A program made the position numbers and the translations under genes. From Candidatus Omnitrophota bacterium (GTDB lineage: Bacteria > Omnitrophota > Gorgyraeia > Gygaellales > Profunditerraquicolaceae): DNA of 64,000 nt. A model generated the notes under the pieces. The model was given only the letters and a program-made list of their open reading frames with translations, was not told the DNA's origin and searched no databases. Below are positions 47,736 to 57,597 of this stretch, one piece after another (the first letter of the stretch is position 1; each line of letters begins with the position of its first letter). The stretch covers positions 247,930 through 311,929 of the forward strand of contig QZKH01000006.1 of NCBI GenBank assembly GCA_003598025.1, read 5' to 3'.

Positions 47736-48820
47736 ATTTTATAGGTAAGAAAGGCGCCGATTAAGATAAATAAAATATTTGGCAGCCACATAGCGATCAT
47801 CGGATCCATTTGCCCCTGTAAACTCAAGGCTTCTGAGCCCATTAATAAAAGGTAGTATATACCTACGACGACAAACGCTATGCCGAAGTTGATGGATTTT
47901 TCCCTTCTTTTTGTCATGATCGCAAGAGGCACACCTAAAAGTATGAAGACAAAACAGGAGAAGGCCAGTGATATTTTCTTGTTTATTTCGGTTATAAGAG
48001 GAGAGGGGTCAATACCTTCCTTTTTGACGGTATTTACTTCCTTTTTAAGCTCTTGTATTGTCATATCTTTAGGTTTTTTGTTTATCTCTTTGCTATCCTG
48101 GGCATTATTCATATTCAGGGTCATGAAGTAGGTCTTAAAGTTGAGTTTGTAAAAATTACTTGGGTTTTCAGGGTCAGGTTCATCAGAACTCCCGTCAATC
48201 AATTTAAGCTTGACCATATTTTTTTCTGGATCTGCAACAAATTCGCCTCTTTTTGCAACGATTGTCCTGGTCGGTTTATCATCTCCCTGGGGTTCATATA
48301 TACGTATGTTGCTTAATTTATTCTGATCAATACGATAGATAAATAAAATATATTTCTCAAAGGAATCAATGAAGACCCCGGGTTCAAGGGCAGCGGCAGG
48401 GTTTTTAATCCCTACTTCAATGAGAGTTTTTCTTGCCGCGAAATGTGCATAGGGGATAACCCTGTCGTTAAAGACCACCAGGACCAGGCTGAGGAGTGTG
48501 CCGGTAATCAGAAGGGGAAAAATAAGTTTAAAAAGGTTAATTCCGCTTGCCTTAATAGCGATTATTTCATTATCGCTGGATAACCTGCCAAGGGAGAGTA
48601 AAACGGCGGTCAATGCTGATATTGGCAGGGTGTAGGTTAACAAGTAAGGCGCCATAAATAAGAACAGTTTTGCTACATTGAAGATATCAACACCCTTATT
48701 GATTATCAGGTCGGCGATCTTGATCAGATTACCGATAAGCATTACGAAAGTAAGGACCCCCAGGCTTAAAAATAAAGGGCCCAAGAATTCTTTTAAAAAG
48801 TAATCTCTGAGTATTTTCAT
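47723..48820 (-). CDS. lptF: LPS export ABC permease, YjgP/YjgQ family (upstream copy, lptF-like)
   Basis: Same family as the neighbour. The stop/start overlap indicates translational coupling. Confidence 0.65.
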   Translation of the reverse strand: MKILRDYFLKEFLGPLFLSLGVLTFVMLIGNLIKIADLIINKGVDIFNVAKLFLFMAPYLLTYTLPISALTAVLLSLGRLSSDNEIIAIKASGINLFKLIFPLLITGTLLSLVLVVFNDRVIPYAHFAARKTLIEVGIKNPAAALEPGVFIDSFEKYILFIYRIDQNKLSNIRIYEPQGDDKPTRTIVAKRGEFVADPEKNMVKLKLIDGSSDEPDPENPSNFYKLNFKTYFMTLNMNNAQDSKEINKKPKDMTIQELKKEVNTVKKEGIDPSPLITEINKKISLAFSCFVFILLGVPLAIMTKRREKSINFGIAFVVVGIYYLLLMGSEALSLQGQMDPMIAMWLPNILFILIGAFLTYKICAY

Positions 48821-48822
48821 AT

Positions 48823-49551
48823 TTAATTTGCTAGCGTTAAGGCAAATACTATATTAGCTCCGGATTTTTTTAAAACACAGGCTGCTTCAGAAAGAGTAGC
48901 GCCGGTTGTAAACACATCATCTACGAGCAGTATATTCTTGCCCTTGATTGCAGAGGTCTCTATTGTGCGGAAAGCGTTCTTGATATTTATAAAACGCTCT
49001 TGTCCGTTAAGTTCTGCCTGTGATCTGGTGTTGACTACTCTAGATAAGGCGTTGTTTAAGACAGGTTTACTTAATATCATGGAAAGACGTTCCGCTAAGA
49101 GCTGCGACTGGTTAAATTCCCTTTCTCTGAGCCGTGCGTTGTTTAGCGGTATAGGAACCAGGAAATCTATAAACCTGATCGGTATCTCATATTCGTTAAT
49201 AAAATTAATCAGTAGGTTCGCCAGCGGCTTATTTAAAAATTTTTTATTATTATATTTAAAATTATGTATCAATTTTTTTATAGCCCCTTCATATCTGTAC
49301 GGGCTGAAGGCGCGGTCAAAATAAACGTTTGACCTTACGCATCCATCACAAATACTTTTATTAATATTTTTTCTCTGGAGTTGCCTTCCGCATTGCTGGC
49401 AAAATGGCGGTTTATTTCTGCCGATTTTTTCCCAGCATTTTAAGCAGATCAGTTTTTCAATGGAGGCATCTTCCGATATTTTTGTATTACAAGCGATGCA
49501 AACCCTGGGATAAATAATGTCTTTTATGCCCTTTAAGAGGCTAATAAACAT
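48823..49551 (-). CDS. comF: ComF-family protein (zinc-finger plus phosphoribosyltransferase domain)
   Basis: N-terminal CxxC pairs 'CIACN...CLKCW...CQQCG' and a C-terminal PRTase block 'ILLVDDVFTTGATLSEA'. Confidence 0.75.
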   Translation of the reverse strand: MFISLLKGIKDIIYPRVCIACNTKISEDASIEKLICLKCWEKIGRNKPPFCQQCGRQLQRKNINKSICDGCVRSNVYFDRAFSPYRYEGAIKKLIHNFKYNNKKFLNKPLANLLINFINEYEIPIRFIDFLVPIPLNNARLREREFNQSQLLAERLSMILSKPVLNNALSRVVNTRSQAELNGQERFINIKNAFRTIETSAIKGKNILLVDDVFTTGATLSEAACVLKKSGANIVFALTLAN

Positions 49552-49588
49552 AACGATATGATACCAATGAAATAATGCTTTGTCAAAA

Positions 49589-49710
49589 GGTTATAGATAG
49601 TTCATAGATAATGGTTCATAGTTCATGGTTCATAGATCATAGATAATCTCTATTTCTTCGAATGCGACTATCAACCATGGACAATGAACCCTGCCTACCG
49701 GCAGGCAGGC
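49589..49710. repeat. Composite intergenic repeat element, copy 3
   Basis: Heptads GGTTATA GATAGTTCATAGATAATG GTTCATA GTTCATG GTTCATA GATCATA GATAATC at 49589-49648. Then ...CATGGACAATGAACC CCTGCC-TACC-GGCAGG at 49690-49705. The 17-mer ATGAACCCTGCCTACCG is shared exactly with copy 2. The element ends 14 nt before the pyrE -35 element. Confidence 0.7.
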
Positions 49711-49723
49711 GTGAACTAACTCA

Positions 49724-49752
49724 TTGACACTCCCAAAACAGGATAGTACAAT
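49724..49752 (+). promoter_or_regulatory. Near-consensus sigma70 promoter TTGACA-N17-TACAAT, 8 nt upstream of the pyrE ATG (leaderless)
   Basis: -35 at 49724-29, -10 at 49747-52. The ATG at 49761 has no SD sequence ahead of it. Confidence 0.45.
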
Positions 49753-49760
49753 ATTAATTT

Positions 49761-50327
49761 ATGGAAACCCAGTTAAGGGATATAAACTATTATCGAGGGC
49801 GGTTGCATTCTCTTTTAAAAAGAGAGGCGCTCAAGAAAGGGAAGTTTGTGCTATCTTCAGGAAAAGAAAGCACTTATTATTTAGATGGGCGCATAGTCAC
49901 CCTTTCTTCAGAAGGGGCTTATTTAGTAGCTAAGATTATCATCGAAATGATCAAAGGATTGAATATATCTGCTGTAGGAGGGCCCACCCTGGGAGCTGAC
50001 CCGATCGTAGGGGCCCTGGCCGCAATCAGCTACCTGGAGAAAAGCCCGGTGAATACTTTTATTGTTCGTAAATCTGCAAAGGGCCACGGCATGCAGAGGC
50101 TAATCGAAGGCCCTAAGTTGAATCCGGGGGCTAAAGTTGTTCTTGTTGACGATGTTGCTACTACAGGCAAAGCTATAATTGAAGCTAAGGCAGCTTTGGA
50201 CCAAGCCGGCCTGAAAGCGGATACTGCAATTGTCGTTGTCGATAGATGCGAGGGTGCGGATAAGAACCTTTCTGAACACGGAATAGTTTTAAAGCCAATT
50301 TTCAAAATATCTGATTTTGATATTTAA
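49761..50327 (+). CDS. pyrE: Orotate phosphoribosyltransferase
   Basis: 'KVVLVDDVATTGKAI' PRPP-binding motif, 188 aa. Confidence 0.8.
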   Translation: METQLRDINYYRGRLHSLLKREALKKGKFVLSSGKESTYYLDGRIVTLSSEGAYLVAKIIIEMIKGLNISAVGGPTLGADPIVGALAAISYLEKSPVNTFIVRKSAKGHGMQRLIEGPKLNPGAKVVLVDDVATTGKAIIEAKAALDQAGLKADTAIVVVDRCEGADKNLSEHGIVLKPIFKISDFDI

Positions 50328-50350
50328 TATTTGCACCACTCAATTTGTAA

Positions 50351-51589
50351 ATGCAAAAAATCATCGTAATAGGCGCTGGCCCTGCAGGGATGATGGCTGC
50401 TATAAAGGCATCTCAGTCAGGCACACCGGTAACTCTTATTGAACAGAACCCTTCCTTAGGCAAGAAACTTCTTATAAGCGGTAAAGGCCGCTGCAATCTT
50501 ACCAATGCGGTCGAATTAGAACAATTCCTGGCCAGGTTTTCTAATAATGGCGAATTCTTAAGGGACGCCTTTAAAGTATTCTTTAATAAAGAGTTAATAG
50601 AATTTTTCCAAAGCAGAGGCCTCGGGATAAAGGTCGAGAGGCAGCAGCGCGTCTTTCCCGCTACCGATGATTCTGCAAGTATAGTTCAGGTACTGGCGCG
50701 CGAACTTAAGGCAAGTAAGGTAAAAATAATGTTTTCTACGCCGGTCAAAGATGTAATAGCTGAGGATGGTATGGTCAGAGGGGTAAGGCTTTTTGATAAC
50801 AGTTTGCTTGAGACGGATCGATTGATAATGGCAACAGGAGGAATTTCGTATAGCTTTACCGGTTCCGACGGTAAGGGCATAAAGATTGCCCTGAGGCTTG
50901 GGCACAGGGTTGTTGCTTTAAGGCCGGGATTGGTAGCTTTAGATACAGCTGAAGATTTTATCAAAGATTTAGCAGGCATAACTTTAAAAAATATCCGTTT
51001 ACGTTTTAAAGGGGATAAAAAGAGCATTGTATCAGATATAGGGGAGATTCTTTTTACGCATACTGGTATTTCCGGACCACTTGTGTTTACTTATAGCGGC
51101 AGGATAGTAGATTGGCTTAAGGACGCAAAAGAGGTCGTTGTCGAAATAGACCTTAAGCCAGCCTTATCGGATGACCAGCTTAACCTGCGATTGTTGAGGG
51201 ATTTTAAAGGAAATGGCAAGAAAGCTATCAAGAATGTGCTTAAGCTTTCTTTACCACAGAGGTTAATAAGTGTTTTTCTTTCTCTGTCCGGTATTGACGG
51301 GGATAAGAAAATAAGCTATATCTCGGCAGAGGAGAGGAAAAAACTTTGTAGTTTGTTTAAGTCATTTACGTTGAGGCTGGTTAAACCCAGGCCTATAGAA
51401 GAGGCAATGATCACTCGGGGAGGGGTGTCTCTTAAAGACATTAACCCGCGTACTATGGAATCTAAGATTGTCAAAGGATTGTATTTTGCAGGCGAAATGA
51501 TAGATGTTGATGCTGATACAGGAGGATTTAATCTGCAGGCAGCTTTTTCTACCGGATATTTAGCCGGTAAAAGCGCTTCAGCCAGTTAA
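50351..51589 (+). CDS. HI0933/BaiN-family FAD-dependent flavoprotein
   Basis: 'IIVIGAGPAGMMAAI' dinucleotide fold and 'GKGRCNLTN'. Confidence 0.75.
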   Translation: MQKIIVIGAGPAGMMAAIKASQSGTPVTLIEQNPSLGKKLLISGKGRCNLTNAVELEQFLARFSNNGEFLRDAFKVFFNKELIEFFQSRGLGIKVERQQRVFPATDDSASIVQVLARELKASKVKIMFSTPVKDVIAEDGMVRGVRLFDNSLLETDRLIMATGGISYSFTGSDGKGIKIALRLGHRVVALRPGLVALDTAEDFIKDLAGITLKNIRLRFKGDKKSIVSDIGEILFTHTGISGPLVFTYSGRIVDWLKDAKEVVVEIDLKPALSDDQLNLRLLRDFKGNGKKAIKNVLKLSLPQRLISVFLSLSGIDGDKKISYISAEERKKLCSLFKSFTLRLVKPRPIEEAMITRGGVSLKDINPRTMESKIVKGLYFAGEMIDVDADTGGFNLQAAFSTGYLAGKSASAS

Positions 51590-51590
51590 T

Positions 51591-52928
51591 ATGGAATTAA
51601 TATATTTAGCTTCCAGATCTGCTGCAAGAAGAAAGTTGTTAAAGAGCCTTGGTTTACGTTTTAGGGTTGTTCCTGCCAGGATCAACGAAATAATGCATTC
51701 TCCTTCAAGAAACTATCCTCATATAGTTAAAGCGAATGCTTTGATGAAAGCAGAATCTGTTGCCCGAAAGATAAAGAAAGGCATCGTAATCGGAGCTGAT
51801 ACTATAGTTGTACAGGGAAATACAGTCTATGGCAAACCCAGGACTCTTAAAGAGGCAAAAAGGATGCTTATCAGGCTTTCAAGTAAACCTCACTGGGTCT
51901 ATTCCGGTTTTGCAATAATTGACCTAGAACGCAATATAAGAAAGACAGGTTATGATAAAACAAAGGTCTATATGGATAAATTAAGCCCTAAACAGCTTAA
52001 GGATTATTTTTCAAAGGTGCACCCCTTAAGCATGGCCGGAGGTTTCGATATCCAGGGCCAGGGTGCACTTTTTATACGTAAAATAAATGGTTGTTTTTAT
52101 ACGGTGGTGGGTATACCTATCAGTAAGCTATTCGCTGCTTTAAGAAAAATCGGAATATTATTATTTTTATTTGTTTTACCCGTACTAATAAGCGGTTGTT
52201 CTACGGAGTATAACATAGTGACAGGCAGGCAGGAGGCCTATTTTTACAGTACGGACAAAGAGATACAAATGGGAAAGAACATTTCAAAAGAAGTAGAGAA
52301 AGAATATAAGCTTGATGAAGACCCTTTGGTCCAAAAGCGGGTAAGGGATATAGGCAAAAAGATAGCTCTTGTCTGCGACAGGAAGGACGTAAGTTATATT
52401 TTTAATGTTATTGATGATGAAGAGGTAAATGCCTTTGCCTTACCCGGAGGTTTTGTATATGTTAATAAAGGGCTCATTGATAAAGTTGATAATGACGATG
52501 AGCTGGCTGCGGTATTAGCCCATGAAGTAGCTCATGTAGTTGCCAGGCACAGCATAAAGAAATTGCAGGCAGTAATGGGGTATTCTCTTTTAAGGATTGC
52601 TGTTGCAAGCGTGCCTGATTCTTCCGGTGCAGGTACAGCAGCAGATTATGCTTTTACTGAGATACTTTTAGGTTATTCGCGAGATGATGAATTGCTTGCC
52701 GACCAGCTTGGCGCACGATATACAGCTTTGGCAGGGTATAAACCAGGAGCGATGATAGATTTCCTGGAAAAGCTCCAGGAGATTAATAAAAGAAAACCGC
52801 TTAGGCCAAAAAATTACTTTAAGACGCACCCCTATGTTCCTGATAGGATACGGATAGTCAAGCAGGAGCTCGGACAGGATATGGACTTTAACGATTATAT
52901 TAATATTGAAGAAATAAAGAAAAAATGA
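51591..52928 (+). CDS. maf: In-frame fusion of a Maf nucleoside-triphosphate pyrophosphatase (aa 1-188) to a YcaL/LoiP-like M48 metalloprotease (aa about 190-445), joined through a lipoprotein-type signal/TM segment
   Basis: A full Maf domain ('IYLASRSAARRKLL...GADTIVV...') runs without a stop into 'LRKIGILLFLFVLPVLISGC' (lipobox ISGC). An M48 core follows ('HEVAHVVARH' HExxH and 'SRDDELLAD'). No canonical start codon precedes the signal peptide. Confidence 0.65.
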   Translation: MELIYLASRSAARRKLLKSLGLRFRVVPARINEIMHSPSRNYPHIVKANALMKAESVARKIKKGIVIGADTIVVQGNTVYGKPRTLKEAKRMLIRLSSKPHWVYSGFAIIDLERNIRKTGYDKTKVYMDKLSPKQLKDYFSKVHPLSMAGGFDIQGQGALFIRKINGCFYTVVGIPISKLFAALRKIGILLFLFVLPVLISGCSTEYNIVTGRQEAYFYSTDKEIQMGKNISKEVEKEYKLDEDPLVQKRVRDIGKKIALVCDRKDVSYIFNVIDDEEVNAFALPGGFVYVNKGLIDKVDNDDELAAVLAHEVAHVVARHSIKKLQAVMGYSLLRIAVASVPDSSGAGTAADYAFTEILLGYSRDDELLADQLGARYTALAGYKPGAMIDFLEKLQEINKRKPLRPKNYFKTHPYVPDRIRIVKQELGQDMDFNDYINIEEIKKK

Positions 52929-54004
52929 AGAAGGCTGCAGTCATTTTACTTATGTTATCAGTTTTTATCTCTTTTTATTGTAATATTTATGCGCAAAATT
53001 CCGGAGGAAACATTATGAATGATAAAAAGAATCCTTTTGGTGTCCTTGAGTTTTTCCATTGGAACCACGCATGGAACAAATATAAATATAACAATACCGA
53101 TACTATTAAGAAATCGGTGGCGCTTTTAAAGGAAGCCGGCATAGGTATAGTGCGATTGGATTTTTTATGGTCTGATATTGAACCTTTTCAGGGCAAATTA
53201 AACTTTAGCAAATACGATGATATAGTAACTATTCTAACCGATAACGGTGTTGAAATACTGGGGATACTTAACTATAGCACTGATTGGGCTTCACCGGATA
53301 AGAAATGGAATTCTCCGTCAACTGACAATGGCATGTTCATTAATTATGTTACAGAAGTCGTGAAAAGATATAAAGATAAGGTAAGCTATTGGGAGATCTG
53401 GAATGAGCCAGACTCTCATATCTACTGGTCGCCCCAGGATGGATTGAAGCAGTATTGCAGCTTGCTTAAGGATTCTTATAAGAAAATAAAGGAGATAGCT
53501 CCGCAAAGCATAGTGTTAAACGGCGGCCTGGCTAATGGCCCGGCAAGTGTAAACAGGCTTTACGATAATGGGGCAAAAGATTATTTTGACGTGATGAACA
53601 TACATATTTTTGATTCTCCATTAATAGAAGGGTCGTCAGTGAGGGTACTTTCTCAAATAAGGCTGACTGAGAAAATAATGCGCAGGAATAATGATTCTGA
53701 TAAGCCTATTTGGATAACTGAGTTGGGTTGCCCGGGAGTTGCCCCCGGTATAAAGACTAAGGATTGGTGGATGGGCAAGAACCCCAGCGAAGAAGAGCAG
53801 GCTGCCTGGCTTAAGGAAGTATATGCAAAAATATTGAAAGAGACTCAGGTCGAGCGCATTTTCTGGGCATTTTTCAGGGATTGTAAAGACCACTGGAAAG
53901 ATGGGGTCGATTATCTGGGTTTAATAAGATGGGATTTTTCAGCTAAGCCAGCCTTTGCCGAGTATAAGAAAATCATCTCTTCTTGGAATAATTTACAGCG
54001 GTAA
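52925..54004 (+). CDS. Secreted clan GH-A glycoside hydrolase (GH5/GH39-like TIM barrel)
   Basis: Signal peptide, acid/base 'WEIWNEP' and nucleophile 'ITELGCPG' motifs. Confidence 0.6.
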   Translation: MKKAAVILLMLSVFISFYCNIYAQNSGGNIMNDKKNPFGVLEFFHWNHAWNKYKYNNTDTIKKSVALLKEAGIGIVRLDFLWSDIEPFQGKLNFSKYDDIVTILTDNGVEILGILNYSTDWASPDKKWNSPSTDNGMFINYVTEVVKRYKDKVSYWEIWNEPDSHIYWSPQDGLKQYCSLLKDSYKKIKEIAPQSIVLNGGLANGPASVNRLYDNGAKDYFDVMNIHIFDSPLIEGSSVRVLSQIRLTEKIMRRNNDSDKPIWITELGCPGVAPGIKTKDWWMGKNPSEEEQAAWLKEVYAKILKETQVERIFWAFFRDCKDHWKDGVDYLGLIRWDFSAKPAFAEYKKIISSWNNLQR

Positions 54005-54057
54005 GTTATCTGCTCTAAACTGTCAACCGTGCACCGTAAACTAAAATCAATTTTATC

Positions 54058-56145
54058 ATGAGCAAGTTAAGAGATATAAAAATCCAGTATTTAAAAGGGG
54101 TTGGGCCGAAAAAAGCAGCTATTTTTAAGAGTATTGGCATCAGCAATATAGAGGATCTTTTTTATTATTTCCCTAAGCGTTATCAAGACAGGACAAGTTT
54201 TTTAAATATTTCTCAGCTTGCTGACGGTCAGGTCTGTACTATAAAAGGTACGGTTTTGGCCACAAAGCGCAGGGTATCTTTTAAAAGGCGCGGTTTAAAT
54301 ATATTTGAAGCAGTAGTTACTGATGGTTCGGGTAAAATCAGCTGTGTTTGGTTCAGCCAGCCGTATTTAAAAGAATATATTAAGCCGCAAGATGAGATTA
54401 TTTTATACGGTAAAATAAGAAGCTACAGGGGCAGGCTGCAAATGAATGCCCCTGAATTTGAGGTTGTTGAGGAAGATGCCTCTTCCGAGCCCGCAGGTAT
54501 TGTGCCGGTTTATACCCTTGCCGGCAATATGACCCAGAGATATTTTAGGACTCTATTAAGATCAGCGCTTAAGGAGTTTTTGCCTCAGGTTATAGAGTTT
54601 ATACCTTATGATGTAAGGTCGCGCAATAAATTGTTGAATCTGCCAAATAGCCTCACTAATATACATTTCCCGCAGGATCACCAGATGCGTAATCTTGCCT
54701 ATCAAAGGCTGTCATTTGAAGAATTTTTACTTTTCCAAATCCCGATAATATTACTAAAGCTTTCTAAAAAAGAATCCAAAGGGTTTATCCATAGAGAAAA
54801 AGTTGATTTAGTTTCGGATTTTATTAACAGCCTTCCGTTTAAGCTTACCGCCGGACAGGAAGGTGTTATGAAAGAAATACGGCAAGATTTGTTAAACAGC
54901 CCGCCTATGCAAAGATTGTTGCAGGGAGATGTCGGTTCGGGCAAGACCGTAGTAGCAACGGCTGCGGCAATGATCGTGGTAGGCGCAGGCCATCAAGTAG
55001 CCTTCATGGTTCCTACAGAATTGTTGGCCAGGCAGCATTTTGAAAAGATATCCACCCAGATTGCCTCCATGGCTTACCATGGCAAGCGGATCAAAATAGG
55101 ACTTCTTACCAGCAGCCTCTCAAAAAGCGAAAAATCAAAGATTTATGCTTCTTTATCTGCCGGTTCAATCGACATTTTAATAGGTACACATGCTCTTATC
55201 GAGGAAGATATAAGATTCAAAGAATTAGGTTTAGTGATAATTGACGAGCAGCATAAATTTGGCGTAGGACAGCGTGCGCTTTTATCGAGAAAAGGCAGTA
55301 ACCCTGATTTACTTATCATGACAGCTACGCCTATACCGCGGACATTAGCTATCACTATGTATGGCGATTTAGACATTTCTGTTTTAAACGAGTTGCCTCC
55401 GGGCAGGCCTGCGATAGAAACAGTCCATTTTACATCCAGCCAGAGGCCGACGGCATATTCTATCGCTAAGCAGCATATGGATAATGGAGGGCAGGTTTAT
55501 ATAGTTTATCCGGCAATAGAAGATTCGGATAAACTGGAATTAGAAGGGGCGAAAAACAGGTTTGAAGAATTGAAGAGGGGACAATTAAAGGACTATAAAC
55601 TGGGACTTATACATGGCCAAATGACAGATATCCAGCAGAACAGGATAATGTTTGATTTTAAGGACGGTAAATTGGACGCTTTGGTATCAACCACGATTTT
55701 AGAAGTAGGTATTGATATACCGAATGCCAGTTGTATCATAATAGAGAGGGCTGAAAGGTTTGGTTTGAGCCAATTACATCAGTTGCGCGGCCGCATAGGC
55801 AGAGGAAGCAAACCCTCAGTATGCATCTTGATAACTGACCCAGAGACAGAAGAAGCTAGGGCGCGGATGCAGGCTATGGTAAAATATAACGATGGATTTA
55901 AGATAGCTGAAGAGGATTTAAAAATCCGCGGCCCGGGGGAATTCTTCGGGCAAAGGCAACACGGTTTGAGCGAGTTAAAAATAGCTAACCCGTTAACACA
56001 GATGCGCCTGTTAAAATTGGCAAGGCAGGAGGCTATCAGGATTATCGGGCGCGATCCTGTGTTAGCCGATAGAAGCAATCTTTTGTTAAAGCAGGAGCTC
56101 ATCAAAAGATTCCCTGGTTATGAAAGGCTTAAAGTAATTTCTTAG
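54058..56145 (+). CDS. recG: ATP-dependent DNA helicase RecG
   Basis: Wedge domain, 'GDVGSGKT' Walker A, 'IIDEQHKFG' DEQH box and a C-terminal helicase domain; 695 aa. Confidence 0.9.
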   Translation: MSKLRDIKIQYLKGVGPKKAAIFKSIGISNIEDLFYYFPKRYQDRTSFLNISQLADGQVCTIKGTVLATKRRVSFKRRGLNIFEAVVTDGSGKISCVWFSQPYLKEYIKPQDEIILYGKIRSYRGRLQMNAPEFEVVEEDASSEPAGIVPVYTLAGNMTQRYFRTLLRSALKEFLPQVIEFIPYDVRSRNKLLNLPNSLTNIHFPQDHQMRNLAYQRLSFEEFLLFQIPIILLKLSKKESKGFIHREKVDLVSDFINSLPFKLTAGQEGVMKEIRQDLLNSPPMQRLLQGDVGSGKTVVATAAAMIVVGAGHQVAFMVPTELLARQHFEKISTQIASMAYHGKRIKIGLLTSSLSKSEKSKIYASLSAGSIDILIGTHALIEEDIRFKELGLVIIDEQHKFGVGQRALLSRKGSNPDLLIMTATPIPRTLAITMYGDLDISVLNELPPGRPAIETVHFTSSQRPTAYSIAKQHMDNGGQVYIVYPAIEDSDKLELEGAKNRFEELKRGQLKDYKLGLIHGQMTDIQQNRIMFDFKDGKLDALVSTTILEVGIDIPNASCIIIERAERFGLSQLHQLRGRIGRGSKPSVCILITDPETEEARARMQAMVKYNDGFKIAEEDLKIRGPGEFFGQRQHGLSELKIANPLTQMRLLKLARQEAIRIIGRDPVLADRSNLLLKQELIKRFPGYERLKVIS

Positions 56146-56150
56146 TTGAT

Positions 56151-56699
56151 ATGATGCGTATAACTTCAGGAGCCAATAGAGGCAGGTCGTTAAAAGTACC
56201 TAAAGGCATAAGGCCTACTCAGGAAAAAGTAAGAAAGGCCGTTTTTGATATATTGGCTGATGTAGAAGGCCTGAGTTTCCTGGAACTGTTTGCAGGATCA
56301 GGAGCGGTAAGTTTTGAGGCAGCTTCCCGCGGGGCAGGGCCGTTAACTATTGTTGAAAGCAACGCCGGATGCGTTAAAGCGATAAAGGGCAATATGGAGG
56401 CTCTTGGGGTTAAAGACGCCCGGGTGCTGGCAAAAGATATAGTATCGGCTATAATCGCCTTGCAGAATAATGGTAATAAGTTCGATATAATTTTCTTAGA
56501 TCCGCCTTATTATAAAGATTTGGCAAAAAAAACCTTGCAAACGCTAAGTGCTTATGATATATTAGCGCCCAATGGTTTTATTATAATACAACATTTCAAG
56601 AAAGATTCGCTTATTATCCCGCAAGACAAGTTTAAAATTGTTAAGCAGTCAACTTATGGGGATACCATATTGACTTTTTGCAGGAGAATTGCTGAATAA
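56151..56699 (+). CDS. rsmD: 16S rRNA (guanine966-N2)-methyltransferase
   Basis: 'ITSGANRGRSLKVPKGIRPT' and 'DPPY' motifs, 182 aa. Confidence 0.8.
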   Translation: MMRITSGANRGRSLKVPKGIRPTQEKVRKAVFDILADVEGLSFLELFAGSGAVSFEAASRGAGPLTIVESNAGCVKAIKGNMEALGVKDARVLAKDIVSAIIALQNNGNKFDIIFLDPPYYKDLAKKTLQTLSAYDILAPNGFIIIQHFKKDSLIIPQDKFKIVKQSTYGDTILTFCRRIAE

Positions 56700-57187
56700 T
56701 GTGCCAAAAAGCTGTATATCCAGGAAGTTTTGACCCCATAACCTACGGGCATATTGACCTTATTAAGAGGGCCCAAGAGATTTTCTCTGAGGTTATAGTG
56801 GCAGTTGCAAATAATAGCCAAAAGGCCCCGTTTTTCAGCGTTAAGGAGAGGCTTGAACTGCTTGAAAAGGCTACCCGTGGCATGAATGGGGTGCAAATAG
56901 ATAGCTTTGACGGGTTGGTTGTGGATTATGCCCGTAAACAAAAGGCTAAAGTGATTGTCCGCGGCTTAAGGATGATTTCAGACTTTGAATATGAATTTCA
57001 AATGGCTTTAACTAACAGGAAGCTCTCTCCTGATATAGAAACAATCTTTCTAATGCCTCAGGAATCTTATAGTTATCTTTCTTCAAAGCTCCTCAAGGAA
57101 GCCGCCTCTTTGGGTGCTGATTTATCTAACTTCGTGCCTGATTTTGTGGTAAAGGCGCTAAAAGCTAAGCTTCAAAAGAGCAAGTGA
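56699..57187 (+). CDS. coaD: Phosphopantetheine adenylyltransferase
   Basis: 'AVYPGSFDPITYGHIDLI' (T/H)xGH motif, 162 aa. Confidence 0.9.
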   Translation: MCQKAVYPGSFDPITYGHIDLIKRAQEIFSEVIVAVANNSQKAPFFSVKERLELLEKATRGMNGVQIDSFDGLVVDYARKQKAKVIVRGLRMISDFEYEFQMALTNRKLSPDIETIFLMPQESYSYLSSKLLKEAASLGADLSNFVPDFVVKALKAKLQKSK

Positions 57188-57597
57188 AAATCAGTATTTT
57201 GAATATACCACCTGAAGGTGTGGTTATAAAGGAACTTGTTCCCGCTAAAAGCCTGGATTTAGATACTGATTTAGTTAGCTTTGATACGCCTTTAATGGTT
57301 ACTGCTGAGGTATCACGCATCACAAATGCAGTAAGTGTCAACTTTAATTTATCGGCAACAATGAATATTACCTGCAGCAGATGCCTGTTGCAGAAGCAGG
57401 TTGAGCTGGATAGAAGCTTTAGAGTCGATTATCCTTTGGATAAACACGAAACTGAGATCGATTTTAGCAGCGACATAAGGGAAGAATTGATTTTGAGCTA
57501 TCCGATTAAGACCCTCTGTAGCAGTGATTGCAGGGGGATATGTTTAAAATGCGGCAAAAACTTAAACGAAGGAGGGTGTAACTGTGCCATTACCTAA
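57184..57597 (+). CDS. yceD: YceD/DUF177 family protein
   Basis: C-terminal Cys cluster 'CSSDCRGICLKCGKNLNEGGCNC'. It lies immediately upstream of rpmF, as in most bacteria. Confidence 0.7.
   Translation: MKISILNIPPEGVVIKELVPAKSLDLDTDLVSFDTPLMVTAEVSRITNAVSVNFNLSATMNITCSRCLLQKQVELDRSFRVDYPLDKHETEIDFSSDIREELILSYPIKTLCSSDCRGICLKCGKNLNEGGCNCAIT

Noticed and set aside
49589-49648. CRISPR array or plasmid iterons formed by the tandem GTTCATA repeats.
   Set aside because: The units are 7 bp with no spacers (CRISPR repeats are longer than 20 bp and have unique spacers). There are no cas, rep or par genes in the window, and the copies sit in promoter-proximal chromosomal intergenic regions.
49724-49933. 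69-aa + strand ORF (49724-49933) overlapping the start of pyrE in another frame.
   Set aside because: It begins on the -35 element of the pyrE promoter. Its Arg/Lys-rich low-complexity product is typical of out-of-frame translation of a real gene.
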